DNA of 64,000 nucleotides, taken from an uncultured Pseudomonadota bacterium. Lineage in GTDB: Bacteria; UBA10199; JACPAL01; GCA-016699445. This document shows, piece by piece, positions 19,108 through 30,172 of this stretch; position 1 is the first letter of the stretch; each line of letters opens with the position of its first letter. The stretch spans positions 145,674 to 209,673 of the forward strand of contig CAZKQW010000004.1 in NCBI GenBank assembly GCA_964555055.1, in the 5' to 3' direction. The notes below the pieces were generated by a model that worked only from the letters and a program-made list of their open reading frames with translations, had not been told where the DNA came from and did not search any database. A program made the translations under genes and the position numbers.

Positions 19108-19634
19108 AAATCCACCCCAAGCTCATCGCAAATATCCGATAAAAAATCCGAGGCGCGTTCGGCGCCTGGGATTTTTTTGGCCTTTAGTTCGTCAATGCGT
19201 CGATCCACCAGTTTTACGTCTGTATGCCGCCGGACAAGGGTTTTTGCGTGAGGAACATCCTTTTCGCGGCCTGCGAAGCATTTCATCAATAAAAGATCTT
19301 CCTTGCCTAAAGCCATGACATGAAGGTGTTCGCCGCGGAAGAGGGGCACGAGGCGTTTTTCGTAGTCGTTAGGAAGGACGAATAGGAACGTGCCATAATA
19401 ATCGTTCAGCCAATCTTGTGGGATGCCTAGCTCTCTTCCAACGGCACGTACCTCTTTCTTAAAATCGGCGAGTTCCATCGAAGACCGATCCGGAACGGCG
19501 TCGACATCTTGGGTCACGATGGGGATCCCGTGGCCCACATTTAAAGCCGCGCCACCGCCGACGATAAGCCTTACGGTCTGGCCTAATTTTTTGTCTAAAA
19601 TCTCGAAGGCTTGGAGCATGTCCTCTTTTTTCAT
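19104..19634 (-). CDS. minimal nucleotidyltransferase (Pol-beta superfamily, MNT-like) protein
   Basis: 'LIVGGGAALNVGHGIPIVTQDVDAV' fits hG[GS]...DhD. Start chosen at ATG 19634 (MKKEDMLQAF) because a consensus promoter lies immediately upstream. The ORF track extends to 19730. Confidence 0.5.
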   Translation of the reverse strand: MKKEDMLQAFEILDKKLGQTVRLIVGGGAALNVGHGIPIVTQDVDAVPDRSSMELADFKKEVRAVGRELGIPQDWLNDYYGTFLFVLPNDYEKRLVPLFRGEHLHVMALGKEDLLLMKCFAGREKDVPHAKTLVRRHTDVKLVDRRIDELKAKKIPGAERASDFLSDICDELGVDL

Positions 19635-19640
19635 AAGATT

Positions 19641-19669
19641 ATTATGACAACTAAAAATAATATTGTCAA
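19641..19669 (-). promoter_or_regulatory. near-consensus sigma70 promoter TTGACA-17-CATAAT on minus strand, -10 only 6 nt from the ATG (leaderless transcript)
   Basis: Reverse complement of 19635-19675 reads ctatttTTGACAatattatttttagttgtCATAATaatcttATG. Confidence 0.45.
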
Positions 19670-19698
19670 AAATAGAATAACCAGAGTAACCATTGAAA

Positions 19699-20580
19699 AT
19701 GGCCCCTCTCATGAAATCTAAAAAGATCAAAATTCATGGATTAAGCCACCAATTCTACTTTTGGGGTTCTCCTAAAAAGCCCAAACTTTTTTTGTTCCAC
19801 GGGTGGCTCGATACGGCGGCGAGCTTCGACTTCCTTTGCCAGTATTTGGAAAAAGACTTTTATTGCATCGCACCGGACATGAGGGGCTACGGGAAAAGCG
19901 AGCATGGGAAAAGCGACCTGGGTTACTTTTTCTATGAATATGTGGCCGATGTGCATGCCGTCTTGAGTTATTTTTCTCCGCAGGAGCCCGCCCGCGTTTT
20001 AGGCCATTCCTTAGGCGGCGCGATCGCGTCCTTTTACGCAGGGTCTTTCCCGGAGCGCGTCAGCCATTTCATCAACGTCGAAGGCTTCGCCGTGCGCGAT
20101 AATCCTCCCGACCGGGCTCCGGAAAAGGCTCGGAAATGGATCGAGGAGTTGGAAGGAAAGCGTTTCCAATCCTTTCCGGACCTGTGCTCTTTCGCCAAAC
20201 GTCTTGTCCAAAACAACCCTCGGCTTCCGAGGGATCGGGCGCTTTTCTTGGCTCGATTTTTGACGAAAAGAGTGGGGCCTAAAAAAAGGTTTACGATGGC
20301 GGCCGATCCCTTGCATAAACTCTCCGACCCTTACGCTTTGCCGAAGGAGTATCATTACAGTTTTTGGGAGAAGATCGGGGCTCGGTGTTTATTGGTCTGT
20401 GCTCAAAAATCGGAGATGAATATTTGGGTGCAAACCCAAGATTTGAAGAAGCAGCTGCGCGAATGGCGGTCGCACTTCCCGAAAGTAAGTCGTTGGGTCA
20501 CGATTTCCGATTGCGGCCATATGGTGCATCATGAAAAACCGGAGGCTTTAGCAAAGGAAGTCTTGGCATTTATCAAATAA
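19699..20580 (+). CDS. alpha/beta-fold hydrolase
   Basis: 'LFHGWLDTAASF' and nucleophile elbow 'GHSLGG'. Start ambiguous (TTG 19693, ATG 19699 or ATG 19711). Confidence 0.75.
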   Translation: MAPLMKSKKIKIHGLSHQFYFWGSPKKPKLFLFHGWLDTAASFDFLCQYLEKDFYCIAPDMRGYGKSEHGKSDLGYFFYEYVADVHAVLSYFSPQEPARVLGHSLGGAIASFYAGSFPERVSHFINVEGFAVRDNPPDRAPEKARKWIEELEGKRFQSFPDLCSFAKRLVQNNPRLPRDRALFLARFLTKRVGPKKRFTMAADPLHKLSDPYALPKEYHYSFWEKIGARCLLVCAQKSEMNIWVQTQDLKKQLREWRSHFPKVSRWVTISDCGHMVHHEKPEALAKEVLAFIK

Positions 20581-20603
20581 GAACTCAAAAGTTGAATGTC
20601 CTC

Positions 20604-21413
20604 ATGAAAAATATTTTAAAGACGATCGTAGAACATAAGAAGTTAGAGCTTGAGGCCGCTAGAAGAAAATCATCGCTTAAGGAAATGCGTATGAAGGCGC
20701 AGGATACCGAACCGGCCCGAGATTTTCTCGCGGCTCTGAGTGTCGGTCAAGAGATGTCGCGACCACCTATACGCATCATCGCTGAAATAAAAAAGGCATC
20801 CCCATCGGCGGGACTGATCCGCTCTGATTTTGATCCGGATCGCCTGGCGCATGAGTATGAAGACGGCGGGGCCGCATGCGTTTCCGTCCTGACGGACGGC
20901 CGATTTTTTCAAGGTCATTTAGACTACATTGGCATCGTGAAAAAAGCCGTCGGATTGCCGATTTTAAGGAAGGACTTCACGATCGACGAATACCAAATCT
21001 TCGAAGCGCGAGCAGCGGGTGCCGACGCTATTTTATTGATCGTCCGTATTTTGGAAGACGCGCAATTAAAGGATTACGCGGACATCGCTCATGAATTAGG
21101 TTTGTCGGTCCTGGTGGAAGCTCATGATGCCAAGGAAAAGGAAAGGGCCTTAAAATCGGGCGCTCGCATTTTGGGGGTGAATAACCGTAATTTAGATACC
21201 TTGAAAATCGATTTGAAAACCTCCATTGAACTTTCCCGTGATTTGCCAAAAGGTTTATGCTTTGTGGCGGAGAGCGGTCTTTCTGCCCCGAATGATGTGG
21301 CAAATCTGTATTCTCACGGGATTTTTCGATTCTTAATTGGAGAAGTTTTTATGAGGCATGAGGATCCGCAGGCTTGCCTCCAATCTTTTCTCGGTTTTTC
21401 TAATGACTTCTAA
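20604..21413 (+). CDS. trpC: indole-3-glycerol phosphate synthase
   Basis: 'IIAEIKKASPSAG', 'ILRKDF', 'IGVNNRNL' IGPS signatures. The ORF track starts at TTG 20592; the first ATG is at 20604. Confidence 0.85.
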   Translation: MKNILKTIVEHKKLELEAARRKSSLKEMRMKAQDTEPARDFLAALSVGQEMSRPPIRIIAEIKKASPSAGLIRSDFDPDRLAHEYEDGGAACVSVLTDGRFFQGHLDYIGIVKKAVGLPILRKDFTIDEYQIFEARAAGADAILLIVRILEDAQLKDYADIAHELGLSVLVEAHDAKEKERALKSGARILGVNNRNLDTLKIDLKTSIELSRDLPKGLCFVAESGLSAPNDVANLYSHGIFRFLIGEVFMRHEDPQACLQSFLGFSNDF

Positions 21414-21537
21414 ATGACGTTTTTTAAGCGATGCCTATAATTTAAGCAGTCTCAGCGCTGTATAGTTTTCTAAGTCATGAACTTCATTAAATCTTATAGA
21501 ATACGGTTTTGGCATGTAGTTTGGAAGAGCGACAGGC

Positions 21538-22692
21538 ATGTCGCCACCAGGAATTCCTATCAGACGCCCCCCCCGTTGCCGGCCCACGATTGCCGCTGAC
21601 ATGAGCCTCGTGGCGAGGCCTGGCACTAGTCAAGAAGAGGTGCCGGCCTACGCAGGTGGAGGCGTTCCTTTAGAAGCCATGAATGGAGGTCAAGTTCCCG
21701 CAAATCTCCAAGTCGCCGTCGATTGTCAGTGGCCTATCGGTAGTGAAGACGGAACGAAGGTCACGTTTCTGGCGAATGGAGGTTACGGAAATCATTGGAT
21801 CCAAGCTATGGCTTTGGTGGACAGGATTGGTTCCGAGAGATTCGGACTCGGTGTCTCGGACTTTGGAGGTGGCATCAGCATCCCTTTGAGCAGGACAACG
21901 ACGTTATCGTTCAATGCTGGTCGCTTTGGTTCTACCATGGGATATGCGACGGTGGCGACGCTTGGGAATTTTATAAGACCCTGGAGCCCTTCGTTTTTAA
22001 TTTCACCTTTTTCAGATACCGGCGGGAGCGCTGTTTTAGAGCACTCATCATTCACCGCTAGGCTAGCCTTATCGGCAGGGCGCGACCGTTTGCCTTGGAG
22101 CGATAATAATTCGTCTCTCTGGTGGAGTGCTTATGTCCGCTGGAAGATATGGAAAGATGCTCTAGTTTTATCTTCTAATTACCAATTCGGGCCTGATCAG
22201 GACAATAACGATCAGGACATGACTCATCTTTTCGACCTCAGCTTATCCGGAAGGCCGACGGACAATATTTTATGGGGAATTTACGGGGTTTACGGTCAAC
22301 AAGCAATGTCGACTCCTAGCGGAGAACAAATGAATCGATGGGGCTCATTTGAGGCTTATTTCGATGTCCGTGTTTCTGGGTTTCCCGTGAATATTTCGGG
22401 TGTTTTCGGCTATATTGAAGATAAGGGGGGTGTGACGACGGCAACCACTCGCCGAACGGCTCATGGGCTCGTTCCCAATACGGATGTTCGAGCTTTATAT
22501 GGGACCGTCGGAGCGACTTTTCACCTTCAGGAAGTCGATGTGTTGCAAAGGGATGGGAAGCAGAAGCCCATGGATCGATGGGCCTTACGGGTCGATGCCG
22601 GTGTCATGCAATGCTTAAGCGGCACTTGCGGACTTTCTCAAACGACTCAATGGACTTTGGGTAGCCAATTAGTTTTCGCATGGACGAACTGA
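21538..22692 (+). CDS. hypothetical protein, possibly outer-membrane beta-barrel-like (alternating-strand pattern, aromatic-rich C-terminus LVFAWTN); start uncertain
   Basis: 384-aa ORF. No clear signal peptide from the annotated start. Gly/Ser/Thr/aromatic-rich amphipathic strands. Confidence 0.35.
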   Translation: MSPPGIPIRRPPRCRPTIAADMSLVARPGTSQEEVPAYAGGGVPLEAMNGGQVPANLQVAVDCQWPIGSEDGTKVTFLANGGYGNHWIQAMALVDRIGSERFGLGVSDFGGGISIPLSRTTTLSFNAGRFGSTMGYATVATLGNFIRPWSPSFLISPFSDTGGSAVLEHSSFTARLALSAGRDRLPWSDNNSSLWWSAYVRWKIWKDALVLSSNYQFGPDQDNNDQDMTHLFDLSLSGRPTDNILWGIYGVYGQQAMSTPSGEQMNRWGSFEAYFDVRVSGFPVNISGVFGYIEDKGGVTTATTRRTAHGLVPNTDVRALYGTVGATFHLQEVDVLQRDGKQKPMDRWALRVDAGVMQCLSGTCGLSQTTQWTLGSQLVFAWTN

Positions 22693-22740
22693 CTCTGAAA
22701 TCCATTGATCGATTTTTGTCTTTTGTCTACAGCCCACCCC

Positions 22741-24000
22741 ATGAAACAAACCCAGCTTCTTCTCCCCACGCTCCGCGAGGCTCCAGCGGACGCGGAAGTC
22801 ATTAGCCATAAGCTCATGCTTCGCGCCGGTATGATCCGGAAGTTAGCCGCGGGTATCTATACATACCTTCCTTTAGGGCTTCGCACGATCCGAAAGGTGG
22901 AGACGATTATCCGCGAGGAGATGAACGCTGCGGGAGCTCAAGAGCTACTACTTCCCATCGTCATGCCTCGTGAACTCTGGGAAGAATCGGGGCGTTGGCC
23001 GGTGTACGGTAAAGAGTTGTTACGCTTTAAAGATAGGCATGAGCGCGATTTTTGCTTTGGTCCGACGCACGAGGAGGCGATCACAGATCTCGTACGCAAT
23101 GAAATACACTCTTACCGCCAAGTGCCGCTGGCCCTTTATCAGATCCAGACGAAGTTTCGCGATGAAGTTCGGCCACGATTTGGTCTAATGAGAGGACGAG
23201 AATTCATTATGAAGGATTGCTACAGCTTCGACCGCGATGAGACGGCGGCTACGGAGACCTATTGGAGAATGTTCTCGGCGTATAAGAAAATCTTTAAGCG
23301 GTGCGGACTCGAGTTTCGGCCCGTAGAGGCGGGGACGGGGGAGATTGGTGGAACATTATCGCATGAGTTTCATGTCCTCGCTGGGTCGGGGGAGAGCGAG
23401 ATTTTTGCTTCTGAAGATCCGGATATCGCTTATACTGACGAAAAAGTGCCAGCCGACAAGATATGCCCGAAGACGAAGCAGCCTCTGAAGAGTTTCCGAG
23501 GCATCGAAGTAGGGCAAGTGTTTTATTTAGGAACGAAATATTCAGAGGCTTTCAAAGCCGTGTATTCCGATGCCGAAGGCGTAAGCCGTCATTTGGTGAT
23601 GGGTTGCTACGGTATCGGCGTGGGCCGCACAGCCGCAGCGGCCATCGAACAAAATCATGATGCGAACGGTATCGTGTGGCCCTTGGGTATCGCACCGTAT
23701 ACGGTCCACGTGATTCCTCTGGGGCTCGACGATGCTAAGGTTCGGGAAGCCGCTTTTAGCGTTTATGAGAAATTGCAAGCGCGAGGCATCGACATATTGA
23801 TCGATGACCGTCCCGAATCACCGGGGGTCAAGTTCAAGGATGCCGATTTAGTCGGAATTCCCCTGCGCGTGACGGTAGGTAAGAAAAGTTTAGAGAAGGG
23901 GGATGTTGAGTTCAAAGAGCGAAAAACAGGCATCGTGACTTCCATCCCACTAGAAAATGCTGTCGATTTTATCCTGGCAAAAAATAAAGAGCACTCATGA
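22741..24000 (+). CDS. proS: prolyl-tRNA synthetase, short form lacking the INS editing domain
   Basis: '[13 protein letters not shown]', class II motifs, 'GCYGIGVGR', C-terminal anticodon-binding domain. About 420 aa. Confidence 0.9.
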   Translation: MKQTQLLLPTLREAPADAEVISHKLMLRAGMIRKLAAGIYTYLPLGLRTIRKVETIIREEMNAAGAQELLLPIVMPRELWEESGRWPVYGKELLRFKDRHERDFCFGPTHEEAITDLVRNEIHSYRQVPLALYQIQTKFRDEVRPRFGLMRGREFIMKDCYSFDRDETAATETYWRMFSAYKKIFKRCGLEFRPVEAGTGEIGGTLSHEFHVLAGSGESEIFASEDPDIAYTDEKVPADKICPKTKQPLKSFRGIEVGQVFYLGTKYSEAFKAVYSDAEGVSRHLVMGCYGIGVGRTAAAAIEQNHDANGIVWPLGIAPYTVHVIPLGLDDAKVREAAFSVYEKLQARGIDILIDDRPESPGVKFKDADLVGIPLRVTVGKKSLEKGDVEFKERKTGIVTSIPLENAVDFILAKNKEHS

Positions 24001-24710
24001 ATAAACCCGCGAATGCCCTTGATAGAAAGAAAATCATTTTGGCCTTGGATGTTCCTTCTTTTCGCGAGGCGCGTTCATTCGTCAAAAAATTCAAGCGGGA
24101 ATTGGATCTTTTTAAAGTCGGCTCCTATCTCTTTACTTCTTGTGGTCCCGATGTCGTCCGGATGATCCACGACGAAGGAGGGAGAGTTTTTCTCGATTTA
24201 AAATATCATGATATTCCCAATACGGTCGCCACAGCCTGCGAAGCTGCCGCTCGTCTAGGCGTTTTTTTAGTTGATATCCACACTTCAGGAGGAGCGGAGA
24301 TGATGGCTCGAGCCTCGGAAGCAGTGGGTTCTTTCGGTAAAAAGCGGCCTTTGTTAATCGGAGTTACGGTGTTGACTAGTGATCAAAATAAATCATCCGT
24401 CCGTGGCGAAGTCCTAAAACGCACGCGACTGGCGCTGGCGAACCGATTAGATGGTGTCGTATGTTCCCCCCAAGAAACCGCATTTTTACGGTCTCGTATT
24501 AAGAGCGATTTTTTGATCGTTAATCCCGGCATTCGCTTCTCATCTAATGATAAGGAAGCTGCAAAAAGGAAGAAGGGCAAAGACGACCAAAAAAGAGTCT
24601 CGACGCCTGAAATGGCTCTAAAGTCTGGAGCCTCCTATCTTGTGATTGGACGTCCTTTATTAGAAGCTCAAGATTCTAAAGCTTTACTCCGTTCGATCGC
24701 CCCACTCTGA
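23997..24710 (+). CDS. pyrF: orotidine 5'-phosphate decarboxylase
   Basis: 'ILALDV', '[10 protein letters not shown]', 'VDIHTSGG' OMPdecase motifs. Overlaps the proS stop. Confidence 0.85.
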   Translation: MNKPANALDRKKIILALDVPSFREARSFVKKFKRELDLFKVGSYLFTSCGPDVVRMIHDEGGRVFLDLKYHDIPNTVATACEAAARLGVFLVDIHTSGGAEMMARASEAVGSFGKKRPLLIGVTVLTSDQNKSSVRGEVLKRTRLALANRLDGVVCSPQETAFLRSRIKSDFLIVNPGIRFSSNDKEAAKRKKGKDDQKRVSTPEMALKSGASYLVIGRPLLEAQDSKALLRSIAPL

Positions 24711-24828
24711 GGCGGCTATACCCCAAAGGTCTGTCGTTAAATTTAAATAATAATAATAATATCAAGTATTTATAAGGATTCTCCTTTGGCCGTTTTTTTG
24801 CTTTTATCCCATCCAGGGAGAACGACTT

Positions 24829-25173
24829 ATGGACTTCGAAAATGATTTTAAATCAAAAGACATAGAGCTTAGCGAAGAACTGAATATTCCTATCAAAGCT
24901 CCAAAAGAGGAATCCAGTAAGGCTGATGTGATGAATCTCCAGATGTTGATGGTAAGTAGCTCGATGAATCATGAGTACGCCCGTAAAGAATACGAAACGA
25001 CAAAGTCCTTTTCCAAAAAGCAGGAGCTCATGATTAAAATGACCAGCCTTAAGAATCTGTATTTTACTGCTCGGAAAAAATTGGCGGATTCCAGTCCCGA
25101 AAGATTAACGGTGTTGGAGAATGAGTTGCGCGTGCAAAAGACGCAAGCCCTCTCGGATGTGACCGTCCACTAA
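24829..25173 (+). CDS. hypothetical small coiled-coil protein (low-GC orphan)
   Basis: 114-aa ORF with GC clearly below neighbours. Preceded by an (AAT)5 microsatellite at about 24748-24762. Confidence 0.4.
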   Translation: MDFENDFKSKDIELSEELNIPIKAPKEESSKADVMNLQMLMVSSSMNHEYARKEYETTKSFSKKQELMIKMTSLKNLYFTARKKLADSSPERLTVLENELRVQKTQALSDVTVH

Positions 25174-25212
25174 AATATTGAGAAAAATCCGAAGATAGAA
25201 CAAACGCGCGAG

Positions 25213-25947
25213 ATGTCCGTTCTCGTTTCAGGAAGACACCCGGTTCTTCATCTCCTAAAAGCTGGACGCCGCCGTGTGCAGCGCCTTCATTTTGCTCGAG
25301 GTGCGGAAAAGACCGAAAAAGAAATTCTAGGTTTGGCCGCCCAAAAAAAAGTCCCTCTCCAACCTTTGGACCCTAAGGAGTTGAGTAAAAAGGCGGGGCT
25401 CGGAATGAATCATCAGGGTTTTTTAGCCGAAACGGAAGATTATCCTTACGTAGAGATCCATGATCTCCTCGAAACGACGCGGTTATTGATGTTGGATGAA
25501 GTTCAAGATCCTCAGAATGTAGGAGCATTATGCCGATCCGCTTATCTGTTCGGTTTTGACGGCGTCATCTTGCCAGAGCACCACGCAGCTTCGGTAGGGC
25601 CAGGGGTTTGTCATGCATCGGTCGGGGCCGTAGAGTACTTAAAGATAACACGCGTCACGAACCTTGCCATGACCATCGATTTTCTCAAGGAAAAGCATTT
25701 TTGGATATACGGTGCAGACATGCAGGGATCGCAAGAGCTGTCTAAAGAAGTTTTTCCTGAAAAGTCCGTTCTCATCCTGGGTTCTGAGGATAAGGGATTA
25801 AGACGTTTAACCCGTGAAAAGTGCGACGTTTTATTGAGAGTTCCCTTATTTAAAAAAGCCCAGGAGAATGGGGTGGATTCCTTAAACGCTTCAGTGGCCG
25901 GTGGAATCCTTATGAGGGAAATGTGTCGTTTGAAAATCGAATCGTGA
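25213..25947 (+). CDS. rlmB: 23S rRNA (guanosine-2'-O-)-methyltransferase, SpoU/TrmH family (RlmB-like)
   Basis: 'DEVQDPQNVGALCRSAYLFGFDGVIL', 'LILGSEDKGL', 'LNASVAGGILMRE' SPOUT motifs. Confidence 0.8.
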   Translation: MSVLVSGRHPVLHLLKAGRRRVQRLHFARGAEKTEKEILGLAAQKKVPLQPLDPKELSKKAGLGMNHQGFLAETEDYPYVEIHDLLETTRLLMLDEVQDPQNVGALCRSAYLFGFDGVILPEHHAASVGPGVCHASVGAVEYLKITRVTNLAMTIDFLKEKHFWIYGADMQGSQELSKEVFPEKSVLILGSEDKGLRRLTREKCDVLLRVPLFKKAQENGVDSLNASVAGGILMREMCRLKIES

Positions 25948-25976
25948 GAAAGATAAATGTTTTTCCATAGAATCGA

Positions 25977-26005
25977 TTGACTTTGAAAAGATGGCTCTCT
26001 ATAGC
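25977..26005 (+). promoter_or_regulatory. candidate sigma70 promoter TTGACT-17-TATAGC for the tRNA-tuf operon
   Basis: TTGACT at 25977-25982, 17-nt spacer, TATAGC at 26000-26005, about 45 nt upstream of the first tRNA. Confidence 0.4.
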
Positions 26006-26047
26006 TTCCCGCCTTTGAATTATTGATCTGGATGATGGGTTTATTCA

Positions 26048-26120
26048 GCTGGCGTAGCTCAGTTGGTAGAGCAGCTGATTTGTAATCAGCAGGTCACCAG
26101 TTCAAGTCTGGTCGCCAGCT
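26048..26120 (+). tRNA. thrU: tRNA-Thr (anticodon TGT)
   Basis: GCTGGCGTAGCTCAGTTGGTAGAGC... Anticodon loop TTTGTAA. T-arm GGTTCAAGTCT... Acceptor 3' CGCCAGC. Confidence 0.85.
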
Positions 26121-26269
26121 ATAGTGAGCGAGTATTAAAAAATCAGATCTCCTGACTTTTTTAAACGGAGCGCCCTCATAAGCTGGTTTGGCACTGGCGG
26201 AAGAGATCAGATATGGCTATCAGATGAGGGTATTAGGGGGAGGTTAGAATTTCTCCCTAACTTTCATAA

Positions 26270-26353
<84 letters not shown>

Positions 26354-26372
26354 TATGAGTTGGAGGATTCAC

Positions 26373-26444
26373 GCGGGAGTAGCTCAGTGGTAGAGCTCCT
26401 GCCTTCCAAGCAGGAGGTCGCGGGTTCGAATCCCGTCTCCCGCT
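26373..26444 (+). tRNA. glyT: tRNA-Gly (anticodon TCC)
   Basis: GCGGGAGTAGCTCAGTGGTAGAGC. Anticodon loop CTTCCAA. GGTTCGAATCC. Confidence 0.85.
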
Positions 26445-26455
26445 ACCGATGTGTT

Positions 26456-26528
26456 GCCCACGTAGCTCAGTCGGTAGAGCATTTCCATGGTAAGGAAAAG
26501 GTCACCAGTTCGATTCTGGTCGTGGGCT
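26456..26528 (+). tRNA. thrT: tRNA-Thr (anticodon GGT)
   Basis: GCCCACGTAGCTCAGTCGGTAGAGC. Anticodon loop ATGGTAA. GTTCGATTC. Acceptor 3' CGTGGGC. Confidence 0.85.
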
Positions 26529-26574
26529 AGATTGATTTTTTGAGTTTAATTTTAACCCTTTTTAAGGAGGACAC

Positions 26575-27765
<1,191 letters not shown>

Positions 27766-27784
27766 TTTCCGGTAAGGGTTTCTT

Positions 27785-27934
27785 ATGAGATCAATTATAC
27801 AGTTGGAATGTACTGAGTGTAAGCGTCGTAATTATTCTACAACGAAGAACAAGACGAGGACTCCGAGCAAGCTTGAAATCAAAAAGTATTGCCGCTTTTG
27901 TCGTAAGCACAACGTGCACAAGGAAACGAAGTAA
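27785..27934 (+). CDS. rpmG: 50S ribosomal protein L33
   Basis: [49 protein letters not shown] (49 aa). Below the ORF-track length cutoff. Lies between tuf and tRNA-Trp/secE. Confidence 0.85.
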   Translation: MRSIIQLECTECKRRNYSTTKNKTRTPSKLEIKKYCRFCRKHNVHKETK

Positions 27935-28002
27935 GGGAGGCGTAGCTTCCGCCAGAGGCGGGTCAGGCTTCGGCGGACAGATGCTCTGTGACCGAATCGT
28001 TT

Positions 28003-28075
28003 AGGGGAGTAGCTCAGCTGGTAGAGCACCGGTCTCCAAAACCGGGGGTCGCAGGTTCGATCCCTGTCTCCCCTG
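28003..28075 (+). tRNA. trpT: tRNA-Trp (anticodon CCA)
   Basis: AGGGGAGTAGCTCAGCTGGTAGAGC. Anticodon loop CTCCAAA. GGTTCGATCC. Acceptor 3' CTCCCCT. Confidence 0.85.
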
Positions 28076-28094
28076 TTTTATTAAAGCGAGGCTT

Positions 28095-28469
28095 ATGGAA
28101 ACGCAGAAGTGGGTTAATCTGGCTTTACTGGCAGCGGCAGTTGTCTGTTTTGCTTTTGTTTCAAAGTTTGTGTTTTTGCTTTTTGGCTGGTTGGTTTGGC
28201 CGGTGTATGAAGAATGGGCTGTGCCTCTTCCGTACGCGTTGGCGTTTGGGGTTGCGTTTTTTGTTTTCGTTATGGCTCGTCGGAGTGGTTTGGTGAATGG
28301 TTTTTTGAATGGTGTTGCTGATGAAATGACGCGTGTCTCTTGGCCTCAAAGGAAAGAGACTGTCTCCTCGGCGGGTGTTGTGATTGTGTTGTTGGCGATA
28401 TCAGCGGCTGCTTTGTTAATTATCGATACCCTTTGGCGGGCAGTAGTGAGAGGGTTGTTGTCCTTATAG
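28095..28469 (+). CDS. secE: preprotein translocase subunit SecE
   Basis: 124 aa with three TM segments, conserved position upstream of nusG. Confidence 0.8.
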   Translation: METQKWVNLALLAAAVVCFAFVSKFVFLLFGWLVWPVYEEWAVPLPYALAFGVAFFVFVMARRSGLVNGFLNGVADEMTRVSWPQRKETVSSAGVVIVLLAISAAALLIIDTLWRAVVRGLLSL

Positions 28470-28476
28470 GTAACTT

Positions 28477-29007
28477 ATGAGTCAAGAATGGTACGTCATT
28501 CATACATATTCAGGGTTCGAGCAGAAGGCTAAGAAAGCTCTCGATGATAAAGTGAAGTCTTCGGGGCGCTCAGATTTGGTTTCTGAGGTATTAGTGCCAT
28601 CTGAGAGTGTGGTAGAGATGAAAAAGGGTGTCAAAAAGACTTCGAATCGAAAAATTTTTCCAGGTTACATTTTGGTTAAAATGTCATTGAACGATGAGTC
28701 CTGGCACTTGATTAAGAGTATTCCTAAGATTACAGGTTTTGTGGGTGATGCGAAGAATCCGATTCCGGTTCCTGAAGAAGAGGTCTTGAGGATTACTCAG
28801 CAGATCAGTGAGGGGACTTTAAGACCTAAGCCAAAAGTTTCATTTGAAAAAGGTGAGAGTGTTCGTGTAGTGGACGGCCCCTTTACGAGTTTTAATGGTG
28901 TTGTTGATGAAGTGAAGCCGGAAAAGGGTAAGGTAAAAGTATTGGTTAGTATTTTTGGAAGATCAACGCCTGTCGAGTTGGACTTTATCCAAGTCGAAAA
29001 GAATTAG
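28477..29007 (+). CDS. nusG: transcription termination/antitermination factor NusG
   Basis: '[19 protein letters not shown]', KOW domain '[18 protein letters not shown]'. Confidence 0.92.
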   Translation: MSQEWYVIHTYSGFEQKAKKALDDKVKSSGRSDLVSEVLVPSESVVEMKKGVKKTSNRKIFPGYILVKMSLNDESWHLIKSIPKITGFVGDAKNPIPVPEEEVLRITQQISEGTLRPKPKVSFEKGESVRVVDGPFTSFNGVVDEVKPEKGKVKVLVSIFGRSTPVELDFIQVEKN

Positions 29008-29022
29008 TTGTTAAGGAATTTT

Positions 29023-29454
29023 ATGCCACCAGTTAAAAAAATACAGGCTCTTGTCAAGCTTCAAGTGCCCGCCGGGCAGGCGAATCCTGCTCCTCCCATC
29101 GGGCCTGCTTTAGGTCAGCATGGAGTTAATATCATGGAGTTTTGTAAGCAGTTCAATGCTAAAACTCAAAAGATGGAGCAGGGGTTAATTATCCCTGTGT
29201 TGTTGACGGTTTATCAGGATCGTTCGTTCACCTTTATTTTAAAGACGCCGCCTGTGTCTGTTTTGATTAAAAAGGCTATTGGGCTCCAAAAGGGATCTGC
29301 GGTTCCTAATAAGGATAAGGTTGGGAAGATCACGAAAAAGCAGGTTGAGGAAGTGGCGAGGCAGAAGTTGCAGGATCTGAATGTGAACTCGTTAGAAGCG
29401 GCTATGCGTACCGTCGAAGGGACGGCTCGTAGTATGGGTGTTGAGGTCATCTAA
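29023..29454 (+). CDS. rplK: 50S ribosomal protein L11
   Basis: [43 protein letters not shown] at 29023 with AAGGAA RBS. The ORF-track start 29008 is an upstream extension. Confidence 0.9.
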   Translation: MPPVKKIQALVKLQVPAGQANPAPPIGPALGQHGVNIMEFCKQFNAKTQKMEQGLIIPVLLTVYQDRSFTFILKTPPVSVLIKKAIGLQKGSAVPNKDKVGKITKKQVEEVARQKLQDLNVNSLEAAMRTVEGTARSMGVEVI

Positions 29455-29456
29455 AA

Positions 29457-30155
29457 ATGTCAGGAAAAAAATATAAAAACGTGGCCACGAAAGTGGATCG
29501 AATTAAAAAATACCCACTCGATGAGGCTTTGGATATTTTGCCCCAAGTGAAATATTCTAAGTGGGATGAAACAGTTGATGTTGCTGTGCGCTTGGGTGTG
29601 GACCCTAAGCAGGGTGATCAAATGGTTCGGGGGGCGACGGCGCTTCCGCATGGTTTGGGTAAGAAGGTGCGTGTGGTTGTTTTTGCCAAAGGCGAGAAGC
29701 AGAAAGAGGCTCAGGCGGCAGGTGCGGAGGAAGTGGGTGCTGAGGATTTGATTGCTAAGATTGAAGGTGGTTGGATGGATTTTGATAAGACGATCGCGAC
29801 GCCTGATATGATGGGTGTTGTGAGTCGGTTGGGTAAAGTCTTGGGGCCGCGAGGTTTGATGCCGAATCCTAAGTTGGGTACCGTGACCTTTGATGTGGCT
29901 AAGGCTGTGAATGATGTAAAGGCTGGGCAGGTGGAGTATAAGGTAGATAAAGCTGGAAATGTGCATGCTCCGGTAGGGAAGGTTTCCTTTGGGAAAGAAA
30001 AATTAAAACAAAACATTTTGGCCTTGATGGAATCCATTATTCGTGCCAAGCCCGCGACCTCCAAAGGGACGTATCTGAGGAGTGTGACTCTTTCATCTAC
30101 GATGAGTCCAGGGATTAAGTTGGATCCGGTTCACCTCGGTGCGGAAGCGTCATAA
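29457..30155 (+). CDS. rplA: 50S ribosomal protein L1
   Basis: 232 aa, '[27 protein letters not shown]'. Confidence 0.92.
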   Translation: MSGKKYKNVATKVDRIKKYPLDEALDILPQVKYSKWDETVDVAVRLGVDPKQGDQMVRGATALPHGLGKKVRVVVFAKGEKQKEAQAAGAEEVGAEDLIAKIEGGWMDFDKTIATPDMMGVVSRLGKVLGPRGLMPNPKLGTVTFDVAKAVNDVKAGQVEYKVDKAGNVHAPVGKVSFGKEKLKQNILALMESIIRAKPATSKGTYLRSVTLSSTMSPGIKLDPVHLGAEAS

Positions 30156-30172
30156 AAATTGAGGTTTTATTT

